DNA from: an uncultured Verrucomicrobiota bacterium
Lineage (GTDB): Bacteria > Verrucomicrobiota > Kiritimatiellia > RFP12 > UBA1067
DNA: 32,723 nt
Assembly (NCBI GenBank): GCA_947305585.1
Contig: CAMZDY010000002.1
Coordinates: forward strand, 1 to 32,723
Reading direction: 5' to 3'
In this document: positions 14,446 to 23,703 of the stretch, in pieces
How positions within the stretch are numbered: the first letter of the stretch is position 1
How the letters are laid out: the number at the start of each line of letters is the position of its first letter
Position numbers and translations under genes: made by a program
The notes under the pieces: generated by a model
Seen by the model: the letters and a program-made list of their open reading frames with translations, nothing else
What the model was told of the DNA's origin: nothing
Databases searched by the model: none

Positions 14446-15777
14446 TCAGAAGCGCGGAAGTTTCATGAGCGAATCGGCCCGTCCGCCCTCTCGGGAACGC
14501 AGTTTCCACAGCTGGCCGTGCTCCGCCCGGAGCGCCCGGAGCCGCGACTCGTCCCGGCGATGGCAGGCGCAGTCGATAAGATCGGCCATGTAGACGATCT
14601 CCCGGGCCCAGATGTTGCCGTCGTCGGCATAGCGCCCGGCCGCGATCTTCACTCCGTGCGCGATGCCGCTTATTTCGTCCAGCACCGCATCGGTGAGCCC
14701 GGGGTGACGCGAATAGCCGTGATCGTTGCGCAAAATGTTGAACAGTTCCGAGCAATTGGCTTTCAGGGCGCCGCCCCGCAGATAAAGCGTACCCAACTTG
14801 AGGAGGAGCCCGCCCAAAGGCGCGTCCATCACGCGATTCAATTCCAGCTCGAGATCCATCTTGGCGGCCTTCGCGCCGCTCGCGGCGAAATTGCCGCCCA
14901 GGATGATCCCCGGGAGCGAACATGCAAGCGGCTGCCAATGGCCCTCGTCGCCCCAGTCCGTCACCATATAGCCCTTGGCGCCGAAGAGCCGTCCCGCGCG
15001 TTCGGCCGCCTCCAGATTTTCGCGCATGTTCTCCACCCGTCCGCCCAGGGAGCGCCAGCTGGAGGTGCCGGGACAGACGTAAAAGTCGAGTCCCGACCGC
15101 TTGAAGGCTTCGGCTTCGCGCATGAAAGGATGATTCCCTTCGTAGCCCCAGTCGAGCGCGATCAGGTCTTTGGGGAGCCGCTCGATGAGTTCCGGATGCT
15201 TGAGCACTATATCGCCCCAGAACATCGGACGCTTGCCGAGGCGCCTCGTCACGTCGCAAATCTTTAGCAGGAATGCAAGGTACTCCCCGGGATCGGAAAT
15301 CTCGAACGTCTCGTCGCAGCAGATGTTGGCGAGGGGCGACTTGAAACAGGGCAAAAGCGAAGCGAGTATCTCCTCCACCAGCTTGATCGAACCGGGATTC
15401 GCGGGATCGAGCGTCGTGGGGAACTTTTTGATGGCGCCCCACGGCGTGACCGCCCCTCCATCGGGGAATTTGGCGAGCCCGTTGTACTCGGGATGGACGA
15501 GCCAACGCTCCATGTGGCCGAACGTATTCTGGCAGGGCACGAGCTCGATGCCGTTCATCTCGCAATAGACGCCAAGCTTCTTGATCTCCTCGGGCGAAAG
15601 CGCGTCGGATTCCTCCCAGACCGTTTCGTGTCCCGGATACCGGAACGTGTGCTCCATGTAGAGCTGGAACTGGTTGTAGTCGCACCGGGCGAGGAGATCC
15701 ACGATCTCCTTCAGGGTGCGGAACGTGGGCACGCGATCGCGGCTTATGTCGAGGAGGTATGAACGGACTTCAAACAT
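14446..15777 (-). CDS. Glycoside hydrolase family 20-like protein (beta-N-acetylhexosaminidase catalytic-domain type)
   Basis: 443 aa, from MFEVRSYLLDISRDRVP (compare the HLDxSRHF barrel start). Asp-Glu pair in CCDETFEI. No signal peptide. The start overlaps the upstream gene by 34 nt. The ORF-track extension up to 16884 is compositional junk. Confidence 0.6.
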   Translation of the reverse strand: MFEVRSYLLDISRDRVPTFRTLKEIVDLLARCDYNQFQLYMEHTFRYPGHETVWEESDALSPEEIKKLGVYCEMNGIELVPCQNTFGHMERWLVHPEYNGLAKFPDGGAVTPWGAIKKFPTTLDPANPGSIKLVEEILASLLPCFKSPLANICCDETFEISDPGEYLAFLLKICDVTRRLGKRPMFWGDIVLKHPELIERLPKDLIALDWGYEGNHPFMREAEAFKRSGLDFYVCPGTSSWRSLGGRVENMRENLEAAERAGRLFGAKGYMVTDWGDEGHWQPLACSLPGIILGGNFAASGAKAAKMDLELELNRVMDAPLGGLLLKLGTLYLRGGALKANCSELFNILRNDHGYSRHPGLTDAVLDEISGIAHGVKIAAGRYADDGNIWAREIVYMADLIDCACHRRDESRLRALRAEHGQLWKLRSREGGRADSLMKLPRF

Positions 15778-17009
15778 CGGTCGAGATTCTCCCTGGCCTG
15801 CCACACGTCGATATGTTTGAACACTCCCCGGTTGTATACCACCTGTCCGCCCACGATCGTCATGATCACGTCGGCCGCCTGCATGGAATTGACCACCAGC
15901 GAGGCGATGTCGTTCACCGGATAGAGATGCGGCTTCTTGAGATCGATCACGATGAGGTCGGCCCGCTTGCCGGGAGCGATGACTCCGGTGTCGTTCCGCC
16001 CGAGCGCCTTCGCGCCGTTGACGGTGGCCATGTCGATCACGTCCCAGACGGAAAGCGCGGCCGGATTGCACGTGGAACCCTTGGCGAGGAGTCCCGCGAG
16101 ATGCATCTCCTCGAACATGTTCAGATTGTCGTTGGAGGCGCAACCGTCGGTGCCCAGCGCCACGTTCACCCCGAGTTCCATCGCCCGCACGATCCGGGCT
16201 ATGCCGGAGCCGAGTTTCAGATTGCTGGTGGGGTTGTGGACGAGCGTGACGTTCTTGTCGCGCATCAGTTTGAGGTCGTCGTCGGTCACCCACACGCAAT
16301 GCGCCGCATACCCGCCATAATCGAAAATCCCCAGATCCGCGAGATAGCGCATAGGCGTCTTGCCGTGACGCTTGATGCACTCCTGATGCTCCTTCTCCGT
16401 TTCCGACACGTGCACATGCACCGGACGGCGGAACACCCGGTTGGCTTCGGCCAGATCCTTGCAGAACTTGGGCGTGGTCAGATATTCGCTGTGGATGCAG
16501 AAGTCGCCGACGATCTTGCCGCCTTCCGGATGCTCCACCACGAAGTCCACGCATTCCTTCAGCCGGTTGGGCGGGATCTCCTCCTTTTCGCTGAAGGAAA
16601 GCCCCACCCGGCAGAGATTGCCCCGCATGCCCGAAGCCGCCAACGCCTTGGCCCCCGCTTCCGGGAAATCGTACATGTCGGCCACCATCGTGGTGCCGCC
16701 CGCCAGCATCTCCATCGCCCCCCAGGTCATACCGGCGGCGATATCCTCGGGTCGCATCTTGGCCTCCAAGGGGAAAATCGCCTCCTCCAGCCAACGCTGC
16801 AAAGGCAATCCGGCCCCCACGCTCCGCAAAAGCGTCATAGCGGTGTGGCCATGGCAATTCACGAGCCCCGGCATTATGAGGCACTTGTTGCAGTCGATTT
16901 CGCCGCCCCCCACCTTGGGATCGTCGCTGATGAATCCCCGCTCGTCCACATACACCGGCTCCTTGACGAGCGTGTGGCCCTTCATCACCGTTGCGTTCGT
17001 CAGAACCAT
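15744..17009 (-). CDS. Amidohydrolase, MtaD-like (5-methylthioadenosine/S-adenosylhomocysteine deaminase family)
   Basis: 421 aa, from [11 protein letters not shown] with AAAGGA upstream. Metal ligands in NCHGHTAM, HVHVSET and LGTDGCASND. Confidence 0.7.
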   Translation of the reverse strand: MVLTNATVMKGHTLVKEPVYVDERGFISDDPKVGGGEIDCNKCLIMPGLVNCHGHTAMTLLRSVGAGLPLQRWLEEAIFPLEAKMRPEDIAAGMTWGAMEMLAGGTTMVADMYDFPEAGAKALAASGMRGNLCRVGLSFSEKEEIPPNRLKECVDFVVEHPEGGKIVGDFCIHSEYLTTPKFCKDLAEANRVFRRPVHVHVSETEKEHQECIKRHGKTPMRYLADLGIFDYGGYAAHCVWVTDDDLKLMRDKNVTLVHNPTSNLKLGSGIARIVRAMELGVNVALGTDGCASNDNLNMFEEMHLAGLLAKGSTCNPAALSVWDVIDMATVNGAKALGRNDTGVIAPGKRADLIVIDLKKPHLYPVNDIASLVVNSMQAADVIMTIVGGQVVYNRGVFKHIDVWQARENLDRCLKSVHTSST

Positions 17010-17617
17010 TTGGATATCCTTTCCACTATTTTCCGGGCGAGACGGCGCTTGGACATGATCGGCAGCCGCTCCACGTTTCCGTCCGGAAAGACGAACGACG
17101 CAAGATTGGTGTCGGTCCCGAAACCTGCGCCGGGACGGGTCACGTCGTTGGCCACGATCATCCCGAGCCGTTTCCGCCGGCACTTCCCGGCGGCGCTCTC
17201 CAACACCCGGTCGGTCTCGGCGGCGAACCCAACCTTATGGCGGCACTTGACGGAAGCGAGGATATCGGGATTGCGGACGAGTTCGATGGTCTCTGGCATT
17301 TCGCCCTTGTGCAGTTTGCGCGCGGCCTTGACTTTCGGACGGAAATCCGCCACCGCCGCCACCCCGACCAAGACCGAATCCCGGTCCAGCACGCCCTTGA
17401 CCGCCTTCAGCATGTCACGCGCACTCGTCACGTCGATCCGCTTGACGCCCTTGGGCGTTTTCAGATTCACCGGACCTGCCACCAGAAAAACCTCGTGACC
17501 CGACTTGGCCGCCTCCTCCGCCACCGCAAATCCCATTTTGCCGGAGGAAGGATTGGAAAGGAACCTCACCGGATCGAGAAACTCGCGGGTGGGCCCGGCG
17601 GTCACTACGAAGCGCAT
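17000..17617 (-). CDS. coaB: Phosphopantothenate--cysteine ligase (CoaB domain only, no CoaC)
   Basis: 205 aa. [25 protein letters not shown] is the signature start of the CoaB half of Dfp. No flavoprotein decarboxylase domain lies upstream. Confidence 0.8.
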   Translation of the reverse strand: MRFVVTAGPTREFLDPVRFLSNPSSGKMGFAVAEEAAKSGHEVFLVAGPVNLKTPKGVKRIDVTSARDMLKAVKGVLDRDSVLVGVAAVADFRPKVKAARKLHKGEMPETIELVRNPDILASVKCRHKVGFAAETDRVLESAAGKCRRKRLGMIVANDVTRPGAGFGTDTNLASFVFPDGNVERLPIMSKRRLARKIVERISKWF

Positions 17618-18453
17618 TTGGCCAAACAGCCGGCTTTAACGCGCAAAAATATCCAGCAGGTCAAAGGAACCGTGAGGATGTAAAGGAGCCCCACCACGCC
17701 GATCGTAAGCCAGAAGTTGGTTACCAAAAGCGCGATGATCAGCACCAGCGACGCCATCACCGGCAGCATGTACTTTTTGGAGATGTGGATCTTCTTGAGA
17801 CTGATCGTCGGCAGACGCGACGCCATCAGCGACCCCACGAAGAGCAGCATGAAAATCCCGAGATACGGATTCTGCAACAGCCCGGCGAACGTGGCGGAAA
17901 CGCCCTTCGCGTCCAGCGCCAGCGAAATGATGGCGGGGGTGAGCACCATCCAGCAGCCGCCCGGAGCGGGCACGCCGGTGAAAAAGTGCTTCCAGTAGTC
18001 GGCCGAAGGTTTTTCGAGCATGGTATTGAACCGGGCGAGACGGAAACAGTCGCACATGGCGTAGAACAGCGCCGCGCCCAAAGTGAGCCGCACCATCACC
18101 GGCGACACGGGAGAGCCGTCCGCCAGCAGATGCCCGGGGCCGCCCGTCATCCAGTAGTACATGAACATGGCCGGCGCCACGCCGAAATTGACGAAGTCCG
18201 CGAGCGAATCCAGCTCCGCCCCCATTTTGGAGGAAGCCTTGAGGAGCCGGGCGATGCGTCCGTCGAGTCCGTCGCAGATGCAGGCCACGAACAGCGCCGT
18301 CAGCGCCTGGATGAACCGGCCTTCGCTGGAGAAGGAGATGGACGTGATGCCGGCGCAGACCGCGAGCGACGTGACCAGATTGGGCACGATGGCCCGCAGA
18401 GGCACTTCCGGCTCGGATTCGCTGATCGGCTGGTATTCTTCTTCGTTGTTCAT
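17605..18453 (-). CDS. pssA: CDP-diacylglycerol--serine O-phosphatidyltransferase
   Basis: 282 aa, from MNNEEEY. CDP-alcohol phosphatidyltransferase motif [26 protein letters not shown]. Multiple TM segments. ATGA overlap with psd at 18453-18450. Confidence 0.8.
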   Translation of the reverse strand: MNNEEEYQPISESEPEVPLRAIVPNLVTSLAVCAGITSISFSSEGRFIQALTALFVACICDGLDGRIARLLKASSKMGAELDSLADFVNFGVAPAMFMYYWMTGGPGHLLADGSPVSPVMVRLTLGAALFYAMCDCFRLARFNTMLEKPSADYWKHFFTGVPAPGGCWMVLTPAIISLALDAKGVSATFAGLLQNPYLGIFMLLFVGSLMASRLPTISLKKIHISKKYMLPVMASLVLIIALLVTNFWLTIGVVGLLYILTVPLTCWIFLRVKAGCLAKCAS

Positions 18454-19157
18454 TTGGACAAATGCCCCAAAACGGTTTCGCCGGCCACCATGATCTGGCC
18501 CACGCGCACTTCCGGCTTGACACCCTCCGGGAGGTAGACGTCCAGCCGCGAACCGAAACGGATCAACCCGAAACGCTCGATGCGCGCCAGCTTCTGGCCT
18601 TCCTCCACCTGGGGAACGATGCGCCGCGCCACGAGCCCCGCGATCTGCGTGACCCCGTAGGTCTGGCCGTTCTCCGCCTGGATAAGATAGTTGCAGCGCT
18701 CGTTCTCCTTGCTGGCCTTGTCCAGACTGGCGTTGAAGAACTTGCCGGCCGCCACGTATTCCTTCTTGAGGATTTCGCCGGCGGTGGGCATGCGGTTCAC
18801 ATGCACGTTGAAGACCGACATGAATACCGAAACGCGCCAATACTTCCTGCCGTCCGCCAGCGAATCGGGGAGCTCGCACTCCTGTACGAGACAGATGCGT
18901 CCGTCGGCCGGAGAGAGAATCGCCTTTTCGTCCTCCGGCGGATAGCGGTCGGGGTCGCGGAAGAACAGGAACGTCCCGTACGCCAAGAGGAAAATCGGCA
19001 GCACGAACAGGGTGAGCGCAAAAGACTTGAGGAAAATCGCCGCCAGCGCCACCATCAAGGCGAACACGAGAGCGATCAACCCGAACTTGACGCCCTCGCG
19101 GTTGATGTGCGGCAATAGATACGCCCTGTTGCTGAAATCCGGTTTAGTCGCTTCCAT
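18450..19157 (-). CDS. psd: Phosphatidylserine decarboxylase (short, membrane-anchored type)
   Basis: 235 aa, from MEATKPDF, 1 nt after the infC stop. N-terminal TM pair. GxS self-cleavage region FGSRLDVYLP. Confidence 0.8.
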   Translation of the reverse strand: MEATKPDFSNRAYLLPHINREGVKFGLIALVFALMVALAAIFLKSFALTLFVLPIFLLAYGTFLFFRDPDRYPPEDEKAILSPADGRICLVQECELPDSLADGRKYWRVSVFMSVFNVHVNRMPTAGEILKKEYVAAGKFFNASLDKASKENERCNYLIQAENGQTYGVTQIAGLVARRIVPQVEEGQKLARIERFGLIRFGSRLDVYLPEGVKPEVRVGQIMVAGETVLGHLSK

Positions 19158-19158
19158 G

Positions 19159-19743
19159 TCAGTTGACCGATATCTTGATGGTGTTGACCGGCCCGTTGGC
19201 GGGCGGCTGGTTCTTGGACGGCTTGGGCCCGTTCTTGCGGGGCGGACCGATGAGCGCGCCGAGCACCCGGCCGAGCGTCTTGGGCGCCTGCTCCACAAAG
19301 CATTCGTCCTTGAGCTGCTCCAGCACGCGGTTGATCACATCTTCGCCCAGTTCGCGGTGCGCGTTTTCGCGTCCGCGGTACTGCAGCGACAGCTTGACCT
19401 TGCAACCGTCCTTCAAAAAGCCCCGGATCTGGCGGAGCTTCATCTCGAAGTCATTCGTGTCGGTGCCGGGATGGAACTTGATCTCCTTCACCTTCTGCAC
19501 CTTTTGGGCCTTGCGCGCCTGCTTTTCGCGGATGGATTCCTCGTACTTGAATTTGCCGTAATCCATTATCTTGCAGACCGGAGGATTGGCGGTGGGGGTT
19601 ATCTCCACCAGATCCAGGCCCCTATCTTCGGCTATCCGCATTGCGTCGCGGGTGGCCATCACGCCCATCATATTTCCGTTGGCGTCAAGAACGCGAACCT
19701 GCGGAACGCGAATCTTATAGTTCACACGAGTGAGCTGTCCCAT
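19159..19743 (-). CDS. infC: Translation initiation factor IF-3
   Basis: 194 aa. KIRVPQVRVLDANGNMMGVMATRDAMRIAEDRGLDLVEI and KVKEIKFHPGTDTNDFEMKLRQIRGFL are typical IF-3 N- and C-domain sequences. ATG start with AAGGAG upstream and a leader of about 59 nt from P6. Confidence 0.9.
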   Translation of the reverse strand: MGQLTRVNYKIRVPQVRVLDANGNMMGVMATRDAMRIAEDRGLDLVEITPTANPPVCKIMDYGKFKYEESIREKQARKAQKVQKVKEIKFHPGTDTNDFEMKLRQIRGFLKDGCKVKLSLQYRGRENAHRELGEDVINRVLEQLKDECFVEQAPKTLGRVLGALIGPPRKNGPKPSKNQPPANGPVNTIKISVN

Positions 19744-19802
19744 TAACTCCTTTTTGCGTTGTGGTTGTGCGAGATGCTGGCTTTTACCAGTGTTTGTGTC
19801 AT

Positions 19803-19831
19803 ATTATATCAAAATTCCGCGGAAATTGCAA
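19803..19831 (-). promoter_or_regulatory. Promoter P6 (TTGCAA-N17-TATAAT, TGA extended -10) for the infC-led operon
   Basis: Sense strand reads TTGCAA tttccgcggaattttga TATAAT. The spacer contains the 10-nt palindrome TTCCGCGGAA. The infC ATG is 59 nt downstream and has an SD. Confidence 0.7.
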
Positions 19832-19835
19832 GAGG

Positions 19836-21383
19836 TCAGAAGAAAATATCGCGTTTTCCCCGGGCCGTGGCCTCGTACTGCTTGAGGACGGTCGGATAGA
19901 ATTTGGGGAGCCACTCCTTGATTCCCTCGAGCTCCTTCCGGATCAGCCGCTCGCCGATTTCGCGCGTCGCCTCGGAGGCGAAATCGTCCAGCCATTCGCG
20001 GAAAGTGAGCACCGCGTTGATCTTGCAGAATTTGCCTTCGCGACCCGTTTTCAGCGCGTCCATGATGCATCCGCCCGTCCGCCCGCACCGGTAGCCGGCC
20101 GTGCAGAAACTGGTGATGATGTCGCGCGAGGCGAGATAGCGCACCATCTCGTCCAGCGACCGGTTGTCGCCCAGCATGAACTGCTGGCGATCCTTGTCCT
20201 GCTGCGCTTCGTCCGCGAAATCGCTGTAGCCCTTGATGGCGATGTTGGACGAACAGTCGAGCTGGGTCATGCCGCACCCCAGCAGCCGGTTGCGGCTCTG
20301 GGCGCTTTCGCGCGCGGTGATGATGATTCCGGTGTACGGCACGGAAAGCCGCGCGATGACCACGATCCGGTGGAAAGTGTCGTCGTCGATGAGCCAAGGC
20401 GACTCCTCGGGAACTCGCGTACCGGAAGCCGGCTCCAGACGCGGGAACGAAAGCGTGTGCGGACCGATGTTGAACCAACGCTCCAGATCCCGCGCATGCA
20501 TGATGGTGGCCAAAAGTTCGTAGCGCCAGTCGCAAAGTCCGTAGAGTACTCCCAGCCCCACGTCGTCCACGCCCGCCTCCAGACAGCGATGGAAACAGGT
20601 GGTGCGCCAGTCGTAGTTGCCCTTCACCGACCACGCCGGATGCATCTCCTCGTACAGCTTGCGGTTGTACGTCTCCTGGAACACCTGGAAAGTCCCGATC
20701 CCCACCGACCGGAGCACTTTAAGGTCCGCGATCGGCAACGGCGCGGCGTTCACGTTGACGCGCCTTATCCCCACCTTGCAACCGCTCTTGGGCGCGGCGA
20801 ACTGGTTGGCGTAGCAAGTCTCGATCGACTCGGCGATATATTCGGTGGACGTGGTCGGGTGCTCGCCGTAGACGGCGATGATGCGCTTGTGGCCGATCCG
20901 CCCCGCCACCACCGACAGCTCCTCCTTGAGCTCGTCCATCGACAGCACCCTCCGGCGCTGCTCGCCGTTCCCTTCGCGGAATCCGCAGTACTTGCACCCG
21001 TTCACGCAGAGGTTCGACATGTAGAGCGGCGCGAACACCACGATGCGGTTGTCGTAGACCGTCTTCTTGATGCGCTCGGCCGCCGCCTCCATCTCGCGGA
21101 AGAGGTCGGGGTCCTTGACGCGCATGAGTACGCACGTCTCGTCCGGCGTCAGCGTCTCGCGCGTCGATTCCGACTTGGCAATTATCTCGCGCACTTGGGC
21201 CGGATCGGGCTCGCCGTCCTCGTCCATCGATTTGATGAGCGTGTTGATCTTGGCGTCGTCGATGAAGTGCTTGCCGCCCGGCAGATACTTGTCGATCTCC
21301 GCCTGGACGATGAAGTTTTTGCGGTAATCCTCCGCAGTCTCAAACTTTCTTATGGATCGGAAGTCTGCCATTTTCCAGCGCAT
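19836..21383 (-). CDS. Radical-SAM HydG-like protein (ThiH/HydG tyrosine-lyase family with C-terminal Cys-rich extension)
   Basis: 515 aa; an alternative start, MADF at 21371, has AAAGGA upstream. Cluster motif CVNGCKYC. C-terminal SFCTAGYRCGRTGGCIMDALKTGREGKFCKINAVLTFREWLDDF resembles the HydG auxiliary-cluster region. Confidence 0.7.
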   Translation of the reverse strand: MRWKMADFRSIRKFETAEDYRKNFIVQAEIDKYLPGGKHFIDDAKINTLIKSMDEDGEPDPAQVREIIAKSESTRETLTPDETCVLMRVKDPDLFREMEAAAERIKKTVYDNRIVVFAPLYMSNLCVNGCKYCGFREGNGEQRRRVLSMDELKEELSVVAGRIGHKRIIAVYGEHPTTSTEYIAESIETCYANQFAAPKSGCKVGIRRVNVNAAPLPIADLKVLRSVGIGTFQVFQETYNRKLYEEMHPAWSVKGNYDWRTTCFHRCLEAGVDDVGLGVLYGLCDWRYELLATIMHARDLERWFNIGPHTLSFPRLEPASGTRVPEESPWLIDDDTFHRIVVIARLSVPYTGIIITARESAQSRNRLLGCGMTQLDCSSNIAIKGYSDFADEAQQDKDRQQFMLGDNRSLDEMVRYLASRDIITSFCTAGYRCGRTGGCIMDALKTGREGKFCKINAVLTFREWLDDFASEATREIGERLIRKELEGIKEWLPKFYPTVLKQYEATARGKRDIFF

Positions 21384-22128
21384 CCTTTACTATCATTCTC
21401 ACTTCGGTGTCGAAATCGCCCGCGATCATCCACTTGAGGAACTTGGGCTCGTTGAACATGAGATCCTTGAGCTTCTCGCCCTTCTTCTTGCCGAAATTGA
21501 TCACCACCTCGCCGTCTTTCCAGCGGAGCATGCCCTGCCGGTCCACGTTCGCCGGATCGTGCGGCACCAGATATTCGTCGAGCGCCTCCGCGGTGTCCGG
21601 CAGGTCGTCGTAACGCTCCAGCTGCGCCTTCAGGATGTCGAGCGTGGCGCGGGTGTCGGCCTCCGCCCCGTGTGCCCCCTCGTGCGCCCGTCCGCAATAG
21701 TACTTGAGCGCGGCCGTGAGATCGCGCGGCTCCTTCCGGTGGAAGATGCGCTGCACGTCGATATGCCTGCGCGATCCCGCCCCGAAGTTGCGTCCCGTCC
21801 GCGCGAACTCCTCCTCCAGCATCGGAATGTCGAAACGGTCCGAATTGTAGCCGGAAAGGTCCGCATCGCGGAAGAATTCGAAAATCTCCTCCGCCTTCTC
21901 CGCGAACGTGGGGCAATCCTTCACGTCCTCGTCGGCGATGTGATGCACCGCCGTCGTCTCTTCGGGAATGTGCACGGTCGGGTTGAGGAGCCAGCAGCGC
22001 TCCTCTTCCGTCCCGTCCGGCATCACCCGGATCGCCGCGAGCTCGATTATCCGGTCCTTGCGCGGCGAAGTGCCGGTGGACTCGATATCGAACACGACGA
22101 GCGGCTTTTCGAGTTTCAGACGGAGCAT
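21340..22128 (-). CDS. DnaQ-like 3'-5' exonuclease with C-terminal FGKxKG (DUF3820-like) extension
   Basis: 262 aa, from MLRLKLEK. Exo motifs VVFDIESTG, GYNSDRFDIPML and HGAEADT. C-terminal INFGKKKGEKLKDLMFNEPKFLKWM. Confidence 0.8.
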   Translation of the reverse strand: MLRLKLEKPLVVFDIESTGTSPRKDRIIELAAIRVMPDGTEEERCWLLNPTVHIPEETTAVHHIADEDVKDCPTFAEKAEEIFEFFRDADLSGYNSDRFDIPMLEEEFARTGRNFGAGSRRHIDVQRIFHRKEPRDLTAALKYYCGRAHEGAHGAEADTRATLDILKAQLERYDDLPDTAEALDEYLVPHDPANVDRQGMLRWKDGEVVINFGKKKGEKLKDLMFNEPKFLKWMIAGDFDTEVRMIVKDALENGRLPIHKKV

Positions 22129-23141
22129 AGGAGATCGTTCCGGTAAAGCGCCCTCACGGCATCGCAATCGAGCGTGTGCCCCGCGCGGAAGCTGACTACC
22201 GTCCCGCAGAAACGGTCCGCCCCGGTGAGACTCAGCGCCGCCATCAAGTCGAGCGTGGCGCGGTGCCACACCGGCTCCAGGAACTTGTTCCCCACCGGGA
22301 AACGCGGCTTGGAGTAGAACTTCTTCGCGCCGTGAATGAGGATGTTGCGCTTGTTGTAGCCCCAGTTGCGCGTGGCGGCGAAAAGCTTGCCGATCGTCAT
22401 CGCCGCGATGTACTGCTGATAGGTGCAGTTGGTGCGCGCTTCGGACGCGTAGCGGAACGTTTCCGGCGTCGCGTCGAACCGCACCCGCTGAGTCCCGATG
22501 ATCGTCTTCCACGAAATGGCGCAGTCGATCCTGAGGTTCTTAGATCCGTTCTCGGCCGGCAGGAAGAGGAGGAAGTCGCCCCGCTTGCCGCCGAACGCCA
22601 CCGGCTCCTTGACCGTCACGAACGTGGCGTCTTCCTCCGTCTCCACGATCTTCGCATGCTCCATCGCCTTGATAAGCGGCAAGCTCGACGCGTCGAACAA
22701 AGGCGGATCGCCGGAATTCACCTTCAAAAGCACGTTGTCCACCCCGAGCCCCAGCTTGAGCGCGATGATATGCTCCACCATGCGCAGATAGTTGTGGGGC
22801 GAACCCGAGCGCATCACCAGATTCTGCGCGCTTGTCCACAAATTGGCGATGTCGATCTGCGTGTCGAGCTGTTCCGGCAGGTCCATGCGCCGTATCCACC
22901 AGCCCGGCTTCACGCTCGGGGCGAAAGTAATGGTCTGCTTGACCCCGCCGAAGAACGTCCCCACGCCGGCCACCGCCGCCTCCGAAGCGAGAGTGCGCCG
23001 CTTGACCGGGAGATTCAGCTCCGCCACATTGCTCGTGCGTTCTTCGTCCACCGGGAGCCCCTTGAACGCCTCGTAAGCGTTCCTGATGGCGGCCGCAGAA
23101 CCGAAAACCGTCTTTCCGATTGGATAATTTACCATTTCCAT
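22116..23141 (-). CDS. Divergent LpxC-family (UDP-3-O-acyl-GlcNAc deacetylase-like) protein
   Basis: 341 aa, colinear with LpxC. RMVEHIIALKLGLGVDN vs TVEHLLSALxGLGIDN. SEARTN vs ARTF. WHRATLDLMAALSL vs RHKILDAIGDLYL. RAGHTLD vs SGHALNN. GVGLHSG is replaced by GVGTFFG, and the HKxLD spacing differs by one residue. Confidence 0.55.
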   Translation of the reverse strand: MEMVNYPIGKTVFGSAAAIRNAYEAFKGLPVDEERTSNVAELNLPVKRRTLASEAAVAGVGTFFGGVKQTITFAPSVKPGWWIRRMDLPEQLDTQIDIANLWTSAQNLVMRSGSPHNYLRMVEHIIALKLGLGVDNVLLKVNSGDPPLFDASSLPLIKAMEHAKIVETEEDATFVTVKEPVAFGGKRGDFLLFLPAENGSKNLRIDCAISWKTIIGTQRVRFDATPETFRYASEARTNCTYQQYIAAMTIGKLFAATRNWGYNKRNILIHGAKKFYSKPRFPVGNKFLEPVWHRATLDLMAALSLTGADRFCGTVVSFRAGHTLDCDAVRALYRNDLLCSV

Positions 23142-23148
23142 GTCCTAT

Positions 23149-23178
23149 ATTTTACCAAAAATACCACCTGTTTGTCAA
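23149..23178 (-). promoter_or_regulatory. Promoter P7 (TTGACA-N18-TAAAAT), leaderless geometry, embedded in the 3' end of the CPBP gene
   Basis: Sense strand reads TTGACA aacaggtggtatttttgg TAAAAT ataggac ATG. The ATG of the LpxC-like gene at 23141 is 7 nt after the -10. Confidence 0.55.
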
Positions 23179-23703
23179 TATGACATACACCCCCAATGCA
23201 AGATTGGTGGTGACGTGTCCCGCGATGGCGGAAGCGAGTCCCTTGCGCAAATACAGCGCAAAATAAACGGCTCCGGCCACCAAAGCGCAAAAATACTTGT
23301 CGTGCTCGACGGCGAAAAGCGCAAGCATGATGAGCGCGGCCGACCGACGGGACCAACTCTCTGCGAGCCAGTTGTAGAGCCAGTCGCGAAAAAACAGCTC
23401 TTCGGCCGTTGCGATCACCAAAGCGCTCCCCAGGAGCTGGATGTAGGGATGCGGCACCGCCGGTTTCTCCGCCACCTGCACCCAGCCGAACGCCTCCGGC
23501 GCGATCCAGACAAGGAACACGGCGAGCCCCGCGAAAACCCCCGCCACCACTCCTCTCCATTCCAGCTTGAACCCCTTCCGGCAGCGCCACGCCAGCGGCA
23601 CCAGGAGAATCCCCGAGCAGACGGTCCTCAGCCAATAGGGGAGCCCCGCCATCATGAGCACCATCCAGACGACGTACGGCCCTAGCTTGAGAACGTTTTC
23701 CAC
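23152..23703 (-). CDS. CPBP-family intramembrane glutamic endopeptidase (CAAX protease/Abi family)
   Basis: 183 aa, polytopic. Motifs EELFFRDW (EExxxR), FAVEH (FxxxH) and GHVTTN (HxxxN). Confidence 0.8.
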   Translation of the reverse strand: MENVLKLGPYVVWMVLMMAGLPYWLRTVCSGILLVPLAWRCRKGFKLEWRGVVAGVFAGLAVFLVWIAPEAFGWVQVAEKPAVPHPYIQLLGSALVIATAEELFFRDWLYNWLAESWSRRSAALIMLALFAVEHDKYFCALVAGAVYFALYLRKGLASAIAGHVTTNLALGVYVILTNRWYFW

